A model generated the notes under the pieces. That model was not told where the DNA came from. It was given only the letters and a program-made list of their open reading frames with translations, and made no database searches. A program made the position numbers and the translations under genes. This document shows, piece after piece, positions 23,833 to 25,807 of a stretch of DNA of 25,807 nucleotides. The DNA is from Candidatus Polarisedimenticolia bacterium (GTDB lineage: Bacteria; Acidobacteriota; Polarisedimenticolia; Gp22-AA2): NCBI GenBank assembly GCA_035260145.1, contig DATFVU010000082.1, positions 1 through 25,807 on the forward strand, written 5' to 3'. Each line of letters opens with the position of its first letter. Position 1 is the stretch's first letter.

Positions 23833-24513
23833 TCAGTCGAAAAATCGATAGCGGATGATGCAGGCGACGGCCGCGAACCCGTCCTTCCAGGTGATCTTCT
23901 TCCCGGACTCGTACCCGCGGCCATGATACGAAATGGGGACCTCGTAGATTCGGCAGCCGAGATGGGCGACCTTGGCGGTGAACTCCGGCTCGAAACCAAA
24001 TCGATCCGATTTCAAGACGAGACGCTTGAGCACGCCGGCTCGAAACGCCTTGTAGCACGTCTCCATGTCCGACAGGTTCAGGTTCGTGAACATGTTCGAG
24101 AGCATCGTCAGGAAGCGATTGCCGACATAGTGCCAGAAGAACAGCACGCGATGCGTCTCCCCTCCGAACCTCGAGCCGTATACCACGTCGGCCTGGCCAT
24201 CCAGGATGGGCTTGAGGAGCCTCGAGTAATCGGCCGGGTCGTACTCCAGGTCGGCGTCCTGCACCAGCACGACATCGCCCGTCACCCTTTCAAATCCGGC
24301 GCGCAGAGCCGCCCCCTTGCCCTGGTTCCGGTCCTGGAACAGGACGACCACGCCCGGGCGGGCCTCGGCCCGCAGAATCTCCCGCGTCCCGTCCGTCGAC
24401 CCGTCATCGATCACGATGACCTCTTTCTCCGTCGGCTCCGCCAGAACCCTGCCGAGGATTTCGTGGATGGTGCCCGCTTCGTTGTAGACGGGAATGACGA
24501 CCGAAAGCTTCAT
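23833..24513 (-). CDS. Family 2 glycosyltransferase, polyprenyl-phosphate sugar synthase type (DPM1/ArnC-like)
   Basis: SVVIPVYNE, IDDGSTDGT, NQGKGAALRAG, QDADLEYDP, DVVYGSRF, SDMETCYKAF, RFGFEPE and GKKITWKDG. Confidence 0.9.
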   Translation of the reverse strand: MKLSVVIPVYNEAGTIHEILGRVLAEPTEKEVIVIDDGSTDGTREILRAEARPGVVVLFQDRNQGKGAALRAGFERVTGDVVLVQDADLEYDPADYSRLLKPILDGQADVVYGSRFGGETHRVLFFWHYVGNRFLTMLSNMFTNLNLSDMETCYKAFRAGVLKRLVLKSDRFGFEPEFTAKVAHLGCRIYEVPISYHGRGYESGKKITWKDGFAAVACIIRYRFFD

Positions 24514-25475
24514 TCAGCGAACCAGGCGACGGTCCGGCGGAGGCCCTCCTCGAGCCCGATCCGGGGCTCGTATTGCAGGTGGCGGCGCGCCTCGTCGATG
24601 GCCGCCAGGGAATGGCGTACGTCACCAGGACGTGGTTTGTCGTGCACGGGACGGATCTCCGAGCCGACCACGCGACCCAGGACCGCCAGCAGGTCGAGAA
24701 GAGTGGCGCTGGCGCCGCAGGCGACGTTGAAGGCGCGCCCCGCCGCGGCACTCGGCGCCTCGCAGGCATTCAGATTCGCCTGCACGGCATTGTCCACGTA
24801 AGTAAAGTCGCGCGATTGCAGGCCGTCGCCGAACACGACGGGGGACGTCGACGATGTGGCCGCCTTGATGAAGTTCGGCACGACGGCCGCGTATTGCGAG
24901 GTCGGATCCTGTCGCGGGCCGAAGATGTTGAAGTAACGCAGCGAGACCGTCTCGAGCCGATACAGCCCGTGGAAGATGCCGCAGTAGTACTCACCGGTGA
25001 GTTTGCTGACGGCGTAGGGTGACAGGGGCCGGGGCGTCATCGTCTCGCGCTTCGGCATCTCCGGCGTATCTCCGTATACGGAGGACGAGGATGCGTACAC
25101 GAAGCGGCGCACCCCTGCGTCGCGCGCGGCGATCAGGAGGATCAACGTCCCGCTGGCGTTGACCTCATGACTGGCCAGCGGGTCCTCGACGGATCGCTGC
25201 ACGGAAGGCAGCGCGGCCTGATGCAGGACGTGGGTGACGCCGCGCATGGCCCGGCGCACCGTCCGCGCGTCGCGAATGTCGCCCTCGATGATCTTGGGCG
25301 GCGGCGCCCCTTTCGGTCGGACCGCGAGCGCGGATTCCAGGTTCTTCCGCCGTCCCGTGGAAAAATCGTCCAGGACGACGACGGACTCGCCGCGGCCCGC
25401 GAGCGCTTCCACGATGTTCGAGCCGATGAACCCGGCCCCTCCGGTCACGAGATAGCGTCGGGACGGTTTGCTCAC
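24510..25475 (-). CDS. NAD-dependent epimerase (SDR; WbpP/TviC-like UDP-hexose/HexNAc 4-epimerase)
   Basis: [48 protein letters not shown] and GDGLQSRDFTYV. The GTG start at 25475 overlaps the ugd stop as GTGA. Confidence 0.9.
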   Translation of the reverse strand: MSKPSRRYLVTGGAGFIGSNIVEALAGRGESVVVLDDFSTGRRKNLESALAVRPKGAPPPKIIEGDIRDARTVRRAMRGVTHVLHQAALPSVQRSVEDPLASHEVNASGTLILLIAARDAGVRRFVYASSSSVYGDTPEMPKRETMTPRPLSPYAVSKLTGEYYCGIFHGLYRLETVSLRYFNIFGPRQDPTSQYAAVVPNFIKAATSSTSPVVFGDGLQSRDFTYVDNAVQANLNACEAPSAAAGRAFNVACGASATLLDLLAVLGRVVGSEIRPVHDKPRPGDVRHSLAAIDEARRHLQYEPRIGLEEGLRRTVAWFAE

Positions 25476-25807
25476 CTTCCGACTCCGGTGTATCGAATGC
25501 CGAGCGATTTCATGTGCTCGGGCTCGTAGACGTTGCGCAGATCCACCACCACGGGAGATTTCATGGCCTGCCTTAGACGTTCCCAGTCGAGGTTGCGGAA
25601 CTGATTCCATTCCGTGGCGATGACCAGCGCGTCGCTGCCCGTCGCGGCGCCGTAGGCGTCCTCGGCATAGTCGAGATCGGGCAGGACCTGCCGGCACTCC
25701 GGCATGGACACGGGATCAAAGGCGCGCACACGGGCGCCGGCCGCGCGCAGATCGCGGATGATCTTGATCGCCGGTGAGTCGCGGGTATCACTGGTGTTGG
25801 GCTTGAA
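25472..25807 (-). CDS. ugd: UDP-glucose/GDP-mannose dehydrogenase, C-terminal part; the gene starts outside the window
   Basis: Translated by hand from the right edge: FKPNTSDTRDSPAIKII...AFDP...DALVIATEWNQFRNLD...VVDLRNVY. Confidence 0.9.
   Translation of the reverse strand, partial: FKPNTSDTRDSPAIKIIRDLRAAGARVRAFDPVSMPECRQVLPDLDYAEDAYGAATGSDALVIATEWNQFRNLDWERLRQAMKSPVVVDLRNVYEPEHMKSLGIRYTGVGR

Noticed and set aside
23832-23999. ORF-track N-terminal extensions of manC (to 23999), the epimerase (to 25697), the GT-C gene (to 8341) and the TPR gene (to 21217)
   Set aside because: They overlap upstream genes or predicted promoters, and better starts exist at stop-start junctions or just before the first conserved motif.
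1-25807. tRNA, rRNA, CRISPR arrays, IS elements, integrases or tandem repeats
   Set aside because: None seen; the intergenic gaps are all short and accounted for by promoters and RBSs. A tRNAscan/Infernal run would confirm.

Overview
This is a high-GC bacterial window (roughly two-thirds GC by eye) from a diderm, LPS-producing organism; the gene order suggests Acidobacteriota or a similar lineage, which is inference. All genes but one are on the minus strand. In minus-strand order (right to left) the window holds: a polysaccharide/glycan locus (partial ugd, SDR epimerase, GT2, manC, Wzy_C/O-antigen-ligase protein, TPR protein, DegT aminotransferase, PglC-type phosphoglycosyl transferase, GT2, CapD/PglF dehydratase, outer-membrane beta-barrel, AMIN-like+OPX export protein, Wzc, methyltransferase); a lone plus-strand UDP-glucuronate decarboxylase divergent from a GT-C membrane glycosyltransferase; and the housekeeping run DUF374/LpxJ-like, lpxB, yicC, gmk, rpoZ, coaBC, family-4 UDG and partial priA. 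The main observation is that coaBC and the DUF374/LpxJ-like acyltransferase are each broken by a frameshift exactly at an A9 or A10 run, the only long homopolymers I saw. Both sites have the same T-A(9/10)-C architecture and both are repaired by a -1 shift (or one extra A). This points either to a shared recoding mechanism (ribosomal frameshifting, transcriptional slippage or phase variation) or to homopolymer sequencing error, and raw reads plus homolog comparison would decide between them. I found no RNA genes, CRISPR arrays or mobile elements.
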